Part shown: one piece after another, positions 43,201 to 55,378 of the stretch
How the letters are laid out: every line of letters begins with the position of its first letter
How positions within the stretch are numbered: the stretch's first letter is position 1
Assembly (NCBI GenBank): GCA_051362555.1
Contig: CM120644.1
Location: forward strand, 1,620,954 to 1,684,953
Reading direction: 5' to 3'
From: Lingula anatina
Lineage: Eukaryota > Animalia > Brachiopoda
Length of the DNA: 64,000 nt
Program-made: the position numbers and the translations under genes
Notes under the pieces: generated by a model
Databases searched by the model: none
Seen by the model: the letters and a program-made list of their open reading frames with translations, nothing else
Told to the model about the DNA's origin: nothing

Positions 43201-46200
43201 TCAAATTTTAATTATGCTCAACAGGTAATACCAATGTAAGTAAAATGTGTAACAAGCATAAGGCTTCAGGCCCATGGGAGTTCAAGTTCACACTTTGAAA
43301 ATGTATAACTTCCAGAAAAAGAAGCCAATTAGACTACTTTTCCAACTCAGGCTGCATTTTAGTCCTGCATTTCTTTTTTGAACATTTGGCAATCATAAGT
43401 AACATGGTTTTCCCATAATGGTCATCATGGCAGCAGCACCCATAATTGTTTTCTTCTATTCTGATGCAATATTACATATTGGTTAACAGCATAATGACCG
43501 TCAATTTTTAATAATAAAATATACGTATCATGGATTTTCAGAAAATGTGACTAGCATGGGTCTTCAAGCATGTAGAACTTCAAAGTCACACCTTGAAAAT
43601 GCCAATATGTGAAATATGCTGAAAAGTGAAAAAAGGCATGACTTCTACAATAATGGCCCAATCATGCTGATTTTCGAACTTGACCTGCATTTTATGAATA
43701 TTCATCAGCTCTGTAAATATAAAGCCCAAAAGTAAAACTGCCTTCCACTTATCGTGTTTACAATGAAAGTGCACGGCGCCGGTGACGGCGATGACGGCAA
43801 CGACAGTCGCGGGTGATGGCAATATGTACAGACACATCTATATATATATATATTTACTGTACTGTTTGAGAACAGTAAGTGACATGGTTTTTCTTAAATG
43901 ATCATCATGGGAGCAGTGCCCAAAATAGTTTTTTTTCAAATTTTGATGCAATATTACATAATGTTTAACAGCATAATGACCATCAATTTTTAATAATAAA
44001 ATATTAGTATCATGGATATTCAGAAAATTTGACTAGCAAAGGTCTTCAGGCCCATGGAACTTCAAAGTCACAACTTGAAAATGCCAAAATGTAAACAAGA
44101 CAGCACTGTTCTGAAATGTTTTTTTTTTTTTTCCATTTTTAACAACTTTTAACATAAAACAAAATTAACAGTTTACTGCCATTTTTATATGATCAACTAA
44201 GAAAATTGATGAGATGGGAAAAATATCAATAGAGCAGTGTTAAATGTCCAATTTCTTCCATTCTGAGATTCTGAACATAGTGAATGATTGAATCTGACAA
44301 ACTGCAATGATATGAGTTTATTTCCATTTTTGAAACTTTATTACACAATACACGATAACAAGTTTACCATCATTTTTACAAAATCAACTAACAATGTTGT
44401 AAAGATGCAGGAAATGTCAAACAAAAACTTTTACGTATCTTATTAGTTTAATAATGAGACTGTTAACATGCCTAAGAATTGAATCTGAGGAAATGTGAAA
44501 AATATGCTGAAAAGTGAAAAAACAGCATAACTTCTACAATAATGGCCCGATCATGCTGATTTTCGAACTTGACCTGCGTTTTATGAATATTCATCAGCTC
44601 TGTAAATATAAAGCCAAAAAGTAAAACTGCCCTCCACTTATCGTGTTTACAAGGAAAGTGCACGGCATCGGCATCGGCATCGGCATCGCCATCGGCATCG
44701 GCGACGACAGACGCAGGTGATGGCAATATGTACAGACACATCTGTGTCTGTACATAAAAACCATGTCACTTACTGTTCTCAAACAGTACAGTAAATATAT
44801 ATAGATGTGTCTGTACATATTGCCATCACCTGCGTCTGTCGTCCCCGTCATCGCCGTCGCCGGCGCCGTGCACTTTCATTGTAAACACGATAAGTGGAAG
44901 GCAGCTTTACTTTTTGGCTTTATATTTACAGAACTGATGAATATTCATAAAATGCAGGTCAAGTTCGAAAATCAGCATGATTGGGCCATTATTGTAGAAG
45001 TTATGCTTAATTTTTCACTTTTCAGCATATATGCAACACTGTAAACACATTCCAAGGAAAACTGATTGGCCTGTTGTCATGAAACTCACAGGAGTAATCT
45101 ATCTTACTACAACGCAGGTCAAGTTAGAAAATCGGCATGATCAGGCCACTATTTTAGTAGTTATGCTTTTTTTTTCACTTTTCAGCATATATGCAACACT
45201 GTAAACACAATATAAGAAAAACAGATAGGCCAATTGTCATTAAACTCACAGGAGTGGTCAATCCTTCTAAAACGCAGGTTGAGTTAAAAGATCAGCATAA
45301 TCGGGCCATTATTTTAGAAGTTATGTTGTTTTTTCACATTTTCTCAGATTCAATTCTTAGGCATGTTAACAGTTTCATTATTTAATTAATAAGATATTAA
45401 AAGTGTTTGTTTGACATTTCCTGCATCTTTACAACATTGTTAGTTGATTTTGTAAAAATGATGGTTAATTTGTTATCGTGTATTGTGTAATAAAGTTTCA
45501 AAAATGGAAATAAACTCATATCATTGCAGTTTGTCAGATTCAATCATTCACTATGTTCAGAATCTCAGAATGGAGGAAATTGGACATTTAACACTGTTCT
45601 ATTGATATTTTTCCCATCTCATCAATTTTTTTAGTTGATCATATAAAAATGGCAGTAAACTGTTAATTTTGTTTTATGTTAAAAATGGTTAAAAATGGAG
45701 AAAAAAAACCATTTCAGAACAGTGCTGTCTTGTTTACATTTTGGCATTTTCAAGTTGTGACTTTGAAGTTCCATGGGCCTGAAGACCTTTGCTAGTCACA
45801 TTTTATTATTAAAAATTGATGGTCATTATGCTGTTAAACATTATGTAATATTGCATCAAAATTTGAAAAAAACCTATTTTGGGCACTGCTCCCATGATGA
45901 CCATTTAAGAAAAACCATGTCACTTACTGTTCTCAAACTTACAGGAAAGAAACATGGGACTAAAAAATAGCTTCAGTAGGCAATGCAATCTGCCAGTTAA
46001 ACATTTTTTTATTATTCACACTTATCATGTTTTGTACAAAAAAAGACTTTATTTTTAACAATCCATTTTTTTTCCTTTTCAGCAACGTCTGCAACCAAAT
46101 ACATAATTCCTGAACTCATTCTGTGTGGACCCGGTAGAACATAACCAGCAACACACCAAGTGGTGATAGAGCCAGGGCCAAGAGACATCAAGATTCTGAC

Positions 46201-49200
46201 CTAAGATCTGCAGGGTACTTCAGAAACCAATTATCTTCTGTTTCTGCAGCCCCCCTCCCCCCCGCCCCCCCCCCCTCCTTCAAAAGCTGATGGTCATTTT
46301 GATTCTCTGTTCATGCCAATTCTTTGGCCAACTTTCCAGAGACTTGCAGGGCGTGAAGCTGAAACACAACTTCCCTAAAACTTGCAGGGTATAAAAGTGA
46401 TCCCAACTGAGCTGCTATATGTCAGAAAAGAAAAAAGCTCTTTATCCAGTTGGAAATTTTAGATCAACTGTGACATTTCTGATCTCTCCTATGCTGGCCT
46501 AATGCATAAAAATAACAAACAAATTCAGAAAAGATTACTGAATTATTAGATCATAAAACTGTGGATTTGGAACATTCAGATGACAGATGGAGACTCACGG
46601 TGTCAGAGATCAGGAGATCAGCAATTCAATTATCTTTTTTTTCATCAGCACAACCAGACACATAAACAGGCAACAGCTAGGAACTGACGGGGAATTACCC
46701 TCATTGATGGCCAATGCTATTGCTGCTTGATGGCATTTTACAGTTATAATGGAACTGTAAGCTATATAAATTAGGAAAATATAAGTTGTGTGGGCAAAAT
46801 TTTTCATCAGACTTATTCTAAAATAGGATTACCTGATGAAAGAACCAAGCTTACCAATGATGTTTCAGAGAAACTAAAAGAGAAACTGAAGGTAATTGAA
46901 ATCTGGAAACCCCAAGGGATAATACCGTACTGTGTATAGGCACAACTTTTCATTAAGCCAATTTTTCTCAGAACTAACCAAATGAAATAATGTCCAATTC
47001 TGCAGCAATCTGACAGTGTTTCAGAGAGCTAATGGTACCATTCTGTAGGCCATACAAATTGGCTCCGTACATTGTTTCCTTGCCAGGGTATATGCTTTAA
47101 ACAGTAACACTAGAACAATTCATCAGGCACTTTGCAGTAATGAAGTTACCAGTCAGAGATAGATAAAGGGAATCTCCAGTCACATTTATTAGGGAAAAGA
47201 AAGATTTTTTACCAAAGTGTCAAACAGCTGCCAACAACTGCAGAAGAGATGTTGCTTTGATCAGACAAAGCTGTTCCCTATATTCTATATCCCTACACAT
47301 GGACATTCTGGATACAGCACTGCTGGTAACAGAAACAACTGTAATCTGGTACTCTTTTGAAATATTTAATATCTTTCTGAAGCACAGATTAAATGATTTA
47401 ATGCAGACAGGATCAAGCTTGGTATATTTGAACTGAAACCAATTCAACGGCACCCAATGGACCCATCATGTTGAATAAAGTGATTCACTTTTATATAGAG
47501 TAATTCATACCAGCATGACTTAACTCTGATCATCACCAAACAAGACTAGGATAATTACTCATGACAAGATAGATAATAAACTTGGTTTGAAACCCAGACA
47601 AATTCTCTAGTAACACACACAGGAGACAATTAGCACTGTATGTCTGCTGATCTGGCAGTGCTGAATGAATCACACAGGTATTTTACAAACTGTGGCAAAG
47701 TTAGTCTGGATTACTCAGTGCAAAATTAAAAAGTGGGCAAAACTGTAGTTTGTGTTTAAGCATTGCCTTTTATGCAGTCAGGAACTAAATAGAAGTACCT
47801 ACCACAGAGATTGGGTTGTCAAATTCTGTGGAACTATTTAATGCACAAGAGTTATACCATACATATATTAGCAATATAAATATATTGGCTCATTCAGGAC
47901 AACATAACAAAATGACAAATATGACATCTGCTATGGTAATTAGAGCAGTGGCGACCAACAGAACTACAACAGATGAGCAACAGGTCACAACATCAAGAGA
48001 GTCCTCAGCTATGGTGCCATCAAACTCAGCAATACTGACCAACCTGACAAGTGCACTAACAGGTTGTTCTGAGACAGGCTTAGTGACCTGCATCCCAGAT
48101 CCAAGTGGCTGGACATTCAACATATCAGATCAAATTTTATCAGATCTGGGCTTCTCTGAGGAGAAAGAAATTGAAGAATATAGGGAACGCTTCTACGCAG
48201 TCGACACAAAATCTGTGGACACCAGTATAGCCACGGCGCTGTTGATTCTGGCAGCTGTGATTGGCGCAGTCGGCAACATGTTTGTTCTGAATGTATTCTG
48301 GTCATTGCGGAACAAGAACACCTCTGCCATTTTGATCATTGCGCTGGCTGTGGTGGACTTCATAGCCTGTATATTAGTCATTCCAGGTCAGGTGTTCATC
48401 AACTATTACCTATTCCACTTTGATGTGTTCTGTAAGTTGATGATGTATTTGACCTACGTTGGAGTTGTACTTGACTTCTGTCTACTGTTTGCCATTGCAG
48501 TTGATCGGTATGTTGCCATATGTAAGCCAACGGTAAGATCCATCAACACTAGGTGTATGAAGGGGGCTACAATACTTCTTACCATCTTCTCCATCCTGGT
48601 GTGCATTCCTCCTGGTTTAACGGAGGGTGGCTACACCTGGGTCAGGACCGATGTCAAATACATCTACGTCTACACTGGCGACTGTCGTTCAGGACATGAT
48701 AAGGAGATCATTAACGATGATGGGAGACTTGCCATACAAATTCTAACATTCTCAGTGTTTTGTATATTGGGGGTTATCATTGCCTTCATGTACTGCAGTG
48801 TGTTCAACGCTGCTCGCCAGAGAGACAGGAACGTCAGTTTTGGGTTCGGACAAAGTATAATTAGAAACACTGGAATGATCTCCACCATTCCTCTTAGGAA
48901 TTTCTCAAAACGTTTCATGTCTCCAAAAAAGTCTGCAAGGAGAAAATCCTCAACACCAATGAACAACTCAGAGTCCTCTGAAACCAGCGGTTCTAATTTA
49001 AAGAACAAAAACACAAAAAAAGAACACATGCACAACAACCTTTGTTGTGGTTGCCAGTCTGCTTGTTCTGCACATAATGAGGAAGAGAGTAACCCTGAAA
49101 GAAACTCAAACAGAAGCCAACTTTGTTGTGGCTTGGACGCAGCATCAGAAGTACAGATTCACAGCCACAGTGACCCTGAGGTCGAAATATTGAAGGTGAA

Positions 49201-52200
49201 TGGACAGCAGGTCAACAACCAAGAGGTCAGTGACCTGAAGGTCAACAACCAAAATGGCTTAAAGGTTAAAATCCTCTCAGTTCCAACTTCTAATGGTGAA
49301 TTCATTGCAGAATCAAGTGCTTTAGAAATTGTAATTACCACTCCCAGTGGTTCTACATCCAAGAGAATGCCACTAGGGAAACAAACAACACAAGACAAGA
49401 CCACTCTAAAGAATGCTCATGGTGGGGAGCAAATATATGACAAACTGAATTCAAAGGACCAAAAGGTACAAGGCAAGCCTGAATTAAAAGAAGAACCGGG
49501 TTCTGTAAAAAGAGAAAACAATTTCAATCCAAAGACACACCATCTGTACACATCCCCCAATGAGGAACAAAATCCAGAAGTTAAGTATATTAATGGTGAT
49601 AATCCAACAGATGATTCCTCAGATAAATCAACTGTATGCCAGACAGAACCTCCTTTCCCCATGGAACAGAACTCTATTCAGATGCTGCCAGTTCCACACT
49701 TACAAAGCCTTGGTTCAGGCAGTGACATTTCCAGTATGACCTCTCGTGATGACCTGTCAACCACCGACACACGAACTGACGAGAGAGTGGACAGTCCATC
49801 GCGGGCATCAAGGAGAATCAAGCAGCGAGCGCGTCATATCAAAACAGCCAAACTTCTTCTCATTGTAACCATTAGCCTGATGATATCTTGGGTGCCGTTT
49901 TTCTTGACGCGTCTCGAGCTCATTCCCCGTTTTAAGACACTGGAACTGTGTGTACTGCTAGGATGTGCTGTCAACCCTGTCATATACTCTGTAGGACACC
50001 ATAAGTTCAGGACACAGCTGAAAAGTTTGCTCAGATGCAATGCGATGAAGAGGTGGACTCCTTGAGAGTTACTCATGTTTTATATTAATGAATTATTAAT
50101 GCTTATTATCTAAACATTGAGATAATTAGGGTTATGTTTCTATAGTAGGTATTCACAAAGGGACATTTCACATCTCCCAAAAAGTCTGCAAAGAAAACAG
50201 TCCTCTACACCAATGAACAACTCTGAAACCACAGAGTGAACCTGTGCCATTCTTCTACAATAATGTGGGTGTATTTTTGAAAATGGAGTCATATTCTCAT
50301 TTTTAATGCTTTAAAAAGTACTTGCATTGTTTTCATATTTTTGTACTTCTTGCGTGTCCAATTATATATCATAAGGTGTGTCTGATGTGTTTGGAGGCAG
50401 ACATTTCTTAGAATGATTCTAACTCCTTATTACTTAAAAATATTTTTTTCTATATATTATGCTATTTGTTTGCCAAAGTTCTTTTTTCCAGTCAATCATC
50501 AGTCCTACTAAATGGGCTTGCAATCATTTCAATGTTTTAAATATGAATACATAATGTGCCTTATTGAAATACTGTAATGGTGTGTGCTAATGTATGGTCA
50601 TATGTGTGGTCATTATAGGAAGGCATGGTTTTAATATTTTTCCAATACCCTTTCATTTTAAGAACTTTGGAGTAAATATGGACAATTTCATAGATGTATC
50701 TGAGGTGTGTCTCTGTGTGTGTGTATGTGTGTATGTATGTATGTGTGGGAGGGGAATGAAAGTTTATCTTTACATAACTCATTAAATATATTCAAGTCAG
50801 AACAACATAATGTGTCAATGTTCACTGTTGTTCAGCTGGACCATGTTAAGTTATATAGACATTTTTTCTATTGTATCTCAGTCTCTTCATCATATAAATA
50901 AATAAACTGTCCTCTAAGATGGTAACAGAGGTTTGATTTGAGTTTTTCCATTAACAGTTAGTAAAGACCATTTACAATTTCACGATACAAATCTGCTAGC
51001 ACACAACCACATACCATATCCCTTACGAACTTTTTCTAAAGGCATCTTACAGGACTCTGTGGTACTCTACAAAAATTCTATTGGCTGTCCTATAGAGTTT
51101 TTATCAAGTATAGTACAACATATATCCTTGCTCTTACAGGATTTTGGTTAGAATTCTTACGCAGATCTTAAAGGGCTCTATAGGATTTTGGGCCCAGTAG
51201 GACGTTCTATAGGACTCTACAGGAAAATTCTGTAAGATACATACTTTTCAAATTCAATGAAACACATTCAATTCAGATCATAAAAGTCACCAAGCTGAAA
51301 ACAAGTCACAATCAGAAAAAAAAGCATTAAAAATCACCACTCCGCTCACCCATTGGTTGAAATGATCCACTTCTGTTTGGCAGCCTTGCTCCAGGACTCC
51401 ACGATAGACTTCCAGGTGACCGTCTCGTTACTACAGTGGACCAGTTCACAGCGCGATATGGTGGCTGGGGACGCGTTCGCCAGGTGACTCATTTCAAAGA
51501 TCAGATGGGTTGTGTCTGAAATTTGTAAATTTATCGCCTCTGTAATAATGCAGAATGTTGGTTACTACTGTAAACATATAACAATCACAGAACAACCTTT
51601 GGAACAAAAATTGTCCTTAATTTGAAGACCAAAATATTCTTTCAAAATCATCTGAAATATAGAAAATGATTTATAAACAGTGCACATCTGTAACCAGCAA
51701 TTTCAAGGGCTAGGGAGTGTCTTCTAGAAAAATTGGACCTTTTTGCAAACCACTAGCTGTTTGTAACATTCAATAAAAGATTTGAAAGAAATGAAGTAAA
51801 ATTATTTCCATCTTGGCTGGAGCCCCCCCTACCTTGCAGTGCCACCTTCTCTCCACTGGCCAGGCTCAGTAAGCGGTCACTGTCCAGCATTGTGTTCATG
51901 TGCTCTGCCCACAGTGGGTTGACACAGCCGTCCAGGACCACCCACTTGTTGACCGGCGATGGCGTACTGACCAATCCCTTGTGCTTCTTCTCATCAAAGG
52001 TGCTGGAGAAACTCCGCGCAGACTCATGCTGGGTATGACAGTCGCGCAGGATGCTAGACAGCAGTCCATCTTTCCATAGACCTGATTGGAAGCTCCCAAA
52101 TAGCTAGAATAGAGAGGAATTTATGGATAATCTCTAAATAACAACACTGTATGTACACCATACTTGTTGATTACTAATTTACTTTCATCATTATAAATTA

Positions 52201-55200
52201 ATAAATGTACTAGTACCATAATGAATAAAGAAATAAATGAATCAGTATACAAACAAACAAATTAATACAAAAAAAAATGAAGCAGTAAAAAAAAAGAGAG
52301 CCCCAGCACAGTGTATTAACCTACCTCCTCTGTGGAGAAAGCATTGGGGTTGAAGGTGTTGATCTCTATCTTAGGATACTGGATCCTCTTGGCCTTGTTC
52401 ACATCCTTCAGTAATGTGGACAGCTTCTCAGCCACACTGGATGTGCTCTTGGACACCTTGCGGAACCTGGACAATGCATTGGACTCTCTCTTCTCTGTGT
52501 TCTCTGTTAGTAGCTGGAAAGTGAGGGGGGAATTACATGACATTTGTTAGCCTGATTCTAAGCAATTTGCAAGCATCACTTCCTATTAATATCTACTGTG
52601 AAGAATAAAACTGCAATGTGCACAATTGAGAAAACTGTTCAACAAACTGCAAAGTGCTTGTGGTAGGTAAAACTGCAACACAGCTACTTGTATCATATGG
52701 TAATCAAATGTCAAATATTTATATTATGAGTTTATATGTGAAATGTGCTCCCCATTTTCTAAAAAAAATTCTATGAAATCATATATGGGTAAATTGCAAC
52801 TTATAGAAGAAAAGCTCTGTACCCATTTAGAGTACAACAGAATATTGCAAAATCTTGAATACAAAAATACTAAAGACAATTAAGTTCACTTGGTTGATTT
52901 ATTAAAAATGCTATGAATTCAATTTAAAATTATGGCAAAATAATTTTCCAAATATTTTAGGTAGTATAAAAGAGTAAAGCCAAGATAATAAAATCTTCTA
53001 TTAAAAATACAACATGTTGCAAATAAGAGACTTCCTGAAAGAAAAAAGCCTTGATGAAATCTGTGCATTATTCAAAAGTACAAAATCCTATCTATACATT
53101 TCAGTAAACACCAACAAATAAGAACTGAAAACTGAAATGTGCTGCTACAGCAAAATGTCCAGTGTGTGAGCTGGGTGCAGGTGAAAATTGACCTTGACCT
53201 ACTTTTGGGGTCACCCAATGTTTCTTTTCTCTGGCTGTCTTCAGCTCGGTAAACTGATGAGAAATTACATTGATTTATATTCCAATGTAAATAAACATCG
53301 TCATGTAAAAACAATGTATCAGCATCACGAATAAATGTAAATACAAATGTTTTAAAAAAAGGGAAAGCTTTTGTCTATCTCAATGTAAAGAAATAAAAAT
53401 TTATATTCTTTTTTTTTTTTAATTTTTTTTTACATTTTAATTTCTTTTAATTTTTGGTGTTATTACAAAACGTTTTGTATTTTCCAGATTCAAGAACTAT
53501 ATTAATTTTCTGAAAATGAAATTTCTTCATTTCAATACAAATACTACAATCAATTTAATTTGATAACCTGTCAAATGACATTGTCCCTCTACTCTTCATT
53601 CTTTCCACTGATAGCACAAAAGGTAACTCATTTACATATGCCTTTGTACATTTACATAAATTTAAAATGTACGTACTATCCAGTGAATCCATACCACCCT
53701 GAATTTATTGGTCTAGAGAGCAGTCTACAGTAAAACTACAGTGTATAAAAAGATGGCATGCCACTCTCACCTTTAATTTCTGTTGGCTGTGAAAGGCGAT
53801 TCCCTTATCCTTAATTTCATCCTTGTTGTCATCTTTATCTGGCTCTGGAGGCCGAGAGTGTAAGGAATTCATGGCCCGTGCCAGTGTCTGGTACGCTGTG
53901 GTCTTCCCACTCCCAGCTGGTCCAATCAGAATCACTCCCTTCCCATGATTCATTGCAGTGTTGAGCTGTAGAATCTGAAGAGGGGAATTTTCTAACTATC
54001 AATCTTAGCTATTTGCTTCAGGTGAAGAATATGGATTCAAGAAGCAACTTATGGAACTTCGTAAAGTATTTTTTATTACACAAATGATATAGCACCATCT
54101 TGTTCTTCAATGATCTATCTTCACTGAAAATTTATGTGTGTTTGTAAGGAATTGTAAAATGAGTGGATGACAAGAAATCAGATACAAACAAATAAGAGAT
54201 TGTCTAGAATAAAATACAATTGATTTGCAAGTTACATACAATAGAAATGTGTATTTTTTGGGGGAAGAAAGCCATCCTTCAAGACTCAGTTGCCAATGAA
54301 GTATGTGCTTTAAAAAATTTAACATTGAAAATTCATTTTGTTATGTATAGAATTAGTATAGAGATTGAGTTAATATAAAAGGCAACTCTGAGAACAGCCA
54401 TACTTTGTTGACGTGGGCCTGTGTCGCCTGCAGGTTGTCCAGTGCCATCTGCTCCTGAACTGCTGACACAAGGTCAGGGTCGTATCCAAGGACACCAGAC
54501 TTAGGACGCACACTCTGTGGAAACACATCTCTGGTCAGGCTTTTCAAAAGTGCAATGTCATCCTGGTCAGCCATCTTGGGAATCAAGGTGGTGTTGATGG
54601 CGTAGATGATGGCAAATTCTTGTCTTGTGCTACTGTCTTCGAGGATAGATGGGCTGGTCTCTGCAAGAAAATTACTTTTGTTTTATTAAACCGATAAACA
54701 AATTAGTAGTATTCATCATATTTAACTATTTACTACAGTTATTAAATATTAGTTTTCATTTATCTCTGTGGATATATACATACATGCACAGTAATAACAT
54801 TTGCATACAAATAAGTACATACTGTACAGGTATACGAATAAAAAATAAAGGTTGGTTGAAAAGCCACAGCTTTATATGTATATATTACAAACTTTAAATG
54901 AAGAATCGCAACAAATAAAAAGGTTTCTGTACCAGAGTCATTAGCAGAGACATCCTCAAACAGGTTTCTATTGCTGCTAAGTCTGCTGTGAGCCACAGTG
55001 ACAACTGTTTTCATTGTTCTTAGACTGAAGTTGTACTGCTCTTTTCTTGGAAGCTGGATAATATAATTTCCAAACATTTGCAAATTAAATACTTTATAAA
55101 TTTCTAAAATTATTAGTGTGACTTAACCATTTGATTTAATTATGTAACTAAAAAATCACTAAAACCTTCAACCTTCTACATGTTATACCTTCTTATTTTT

Positions 55201-55344
55201 AACATATCATTACTGTTTAGGTCAATTATGTCCAGTACACAGAATGCACATGTTCAAATGATGACATATCAGTAAAAAAACAAAATGTAAAACTTCAATT
55301 TTTAAATGACCACATTTAACCTACTCTTATAACAGAATATATGA

Positions 55345-55378
<34 letters not shown>

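Larger units (their letters stand above)
26301..51349 (-). other. Giant (~25 kb) phase-2 intron of the dynein gene hosting a nested GPCR
   Basis: GG|gtgagc ... ttccag|T joins in frame; no dynein-like coding sequence seen between. Confidence 0.82.

Noticed and set aside
42169-45970. Family of short ORFs (MCLYILPSPASVV..., MHQNLKKTYFGH...) as a small-protein gene cluster
   Set aside because: They are translations of the repeated non-autonomous element. Indels vary among copies, and there is no splice structure or transposase/helicase motif.
47816-47911. TTG start of the 749-aa ORF
   Set aside because: This is a eukaryotic gene. The first in-frame ATG at 47912 (aaaATGa) is more plausible unless an upstream coding exon exists.
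47890-50076. Several minus-strand ORFs overlapping the GPCR
   Set aside because: They are antisense shadows of the coding sequence with no dynein similarity.
51015-51242. Possible TIR element with repeated ctctataggat-like motifs
   Set aside because: Terminal complementarity is too weak to call by eye.
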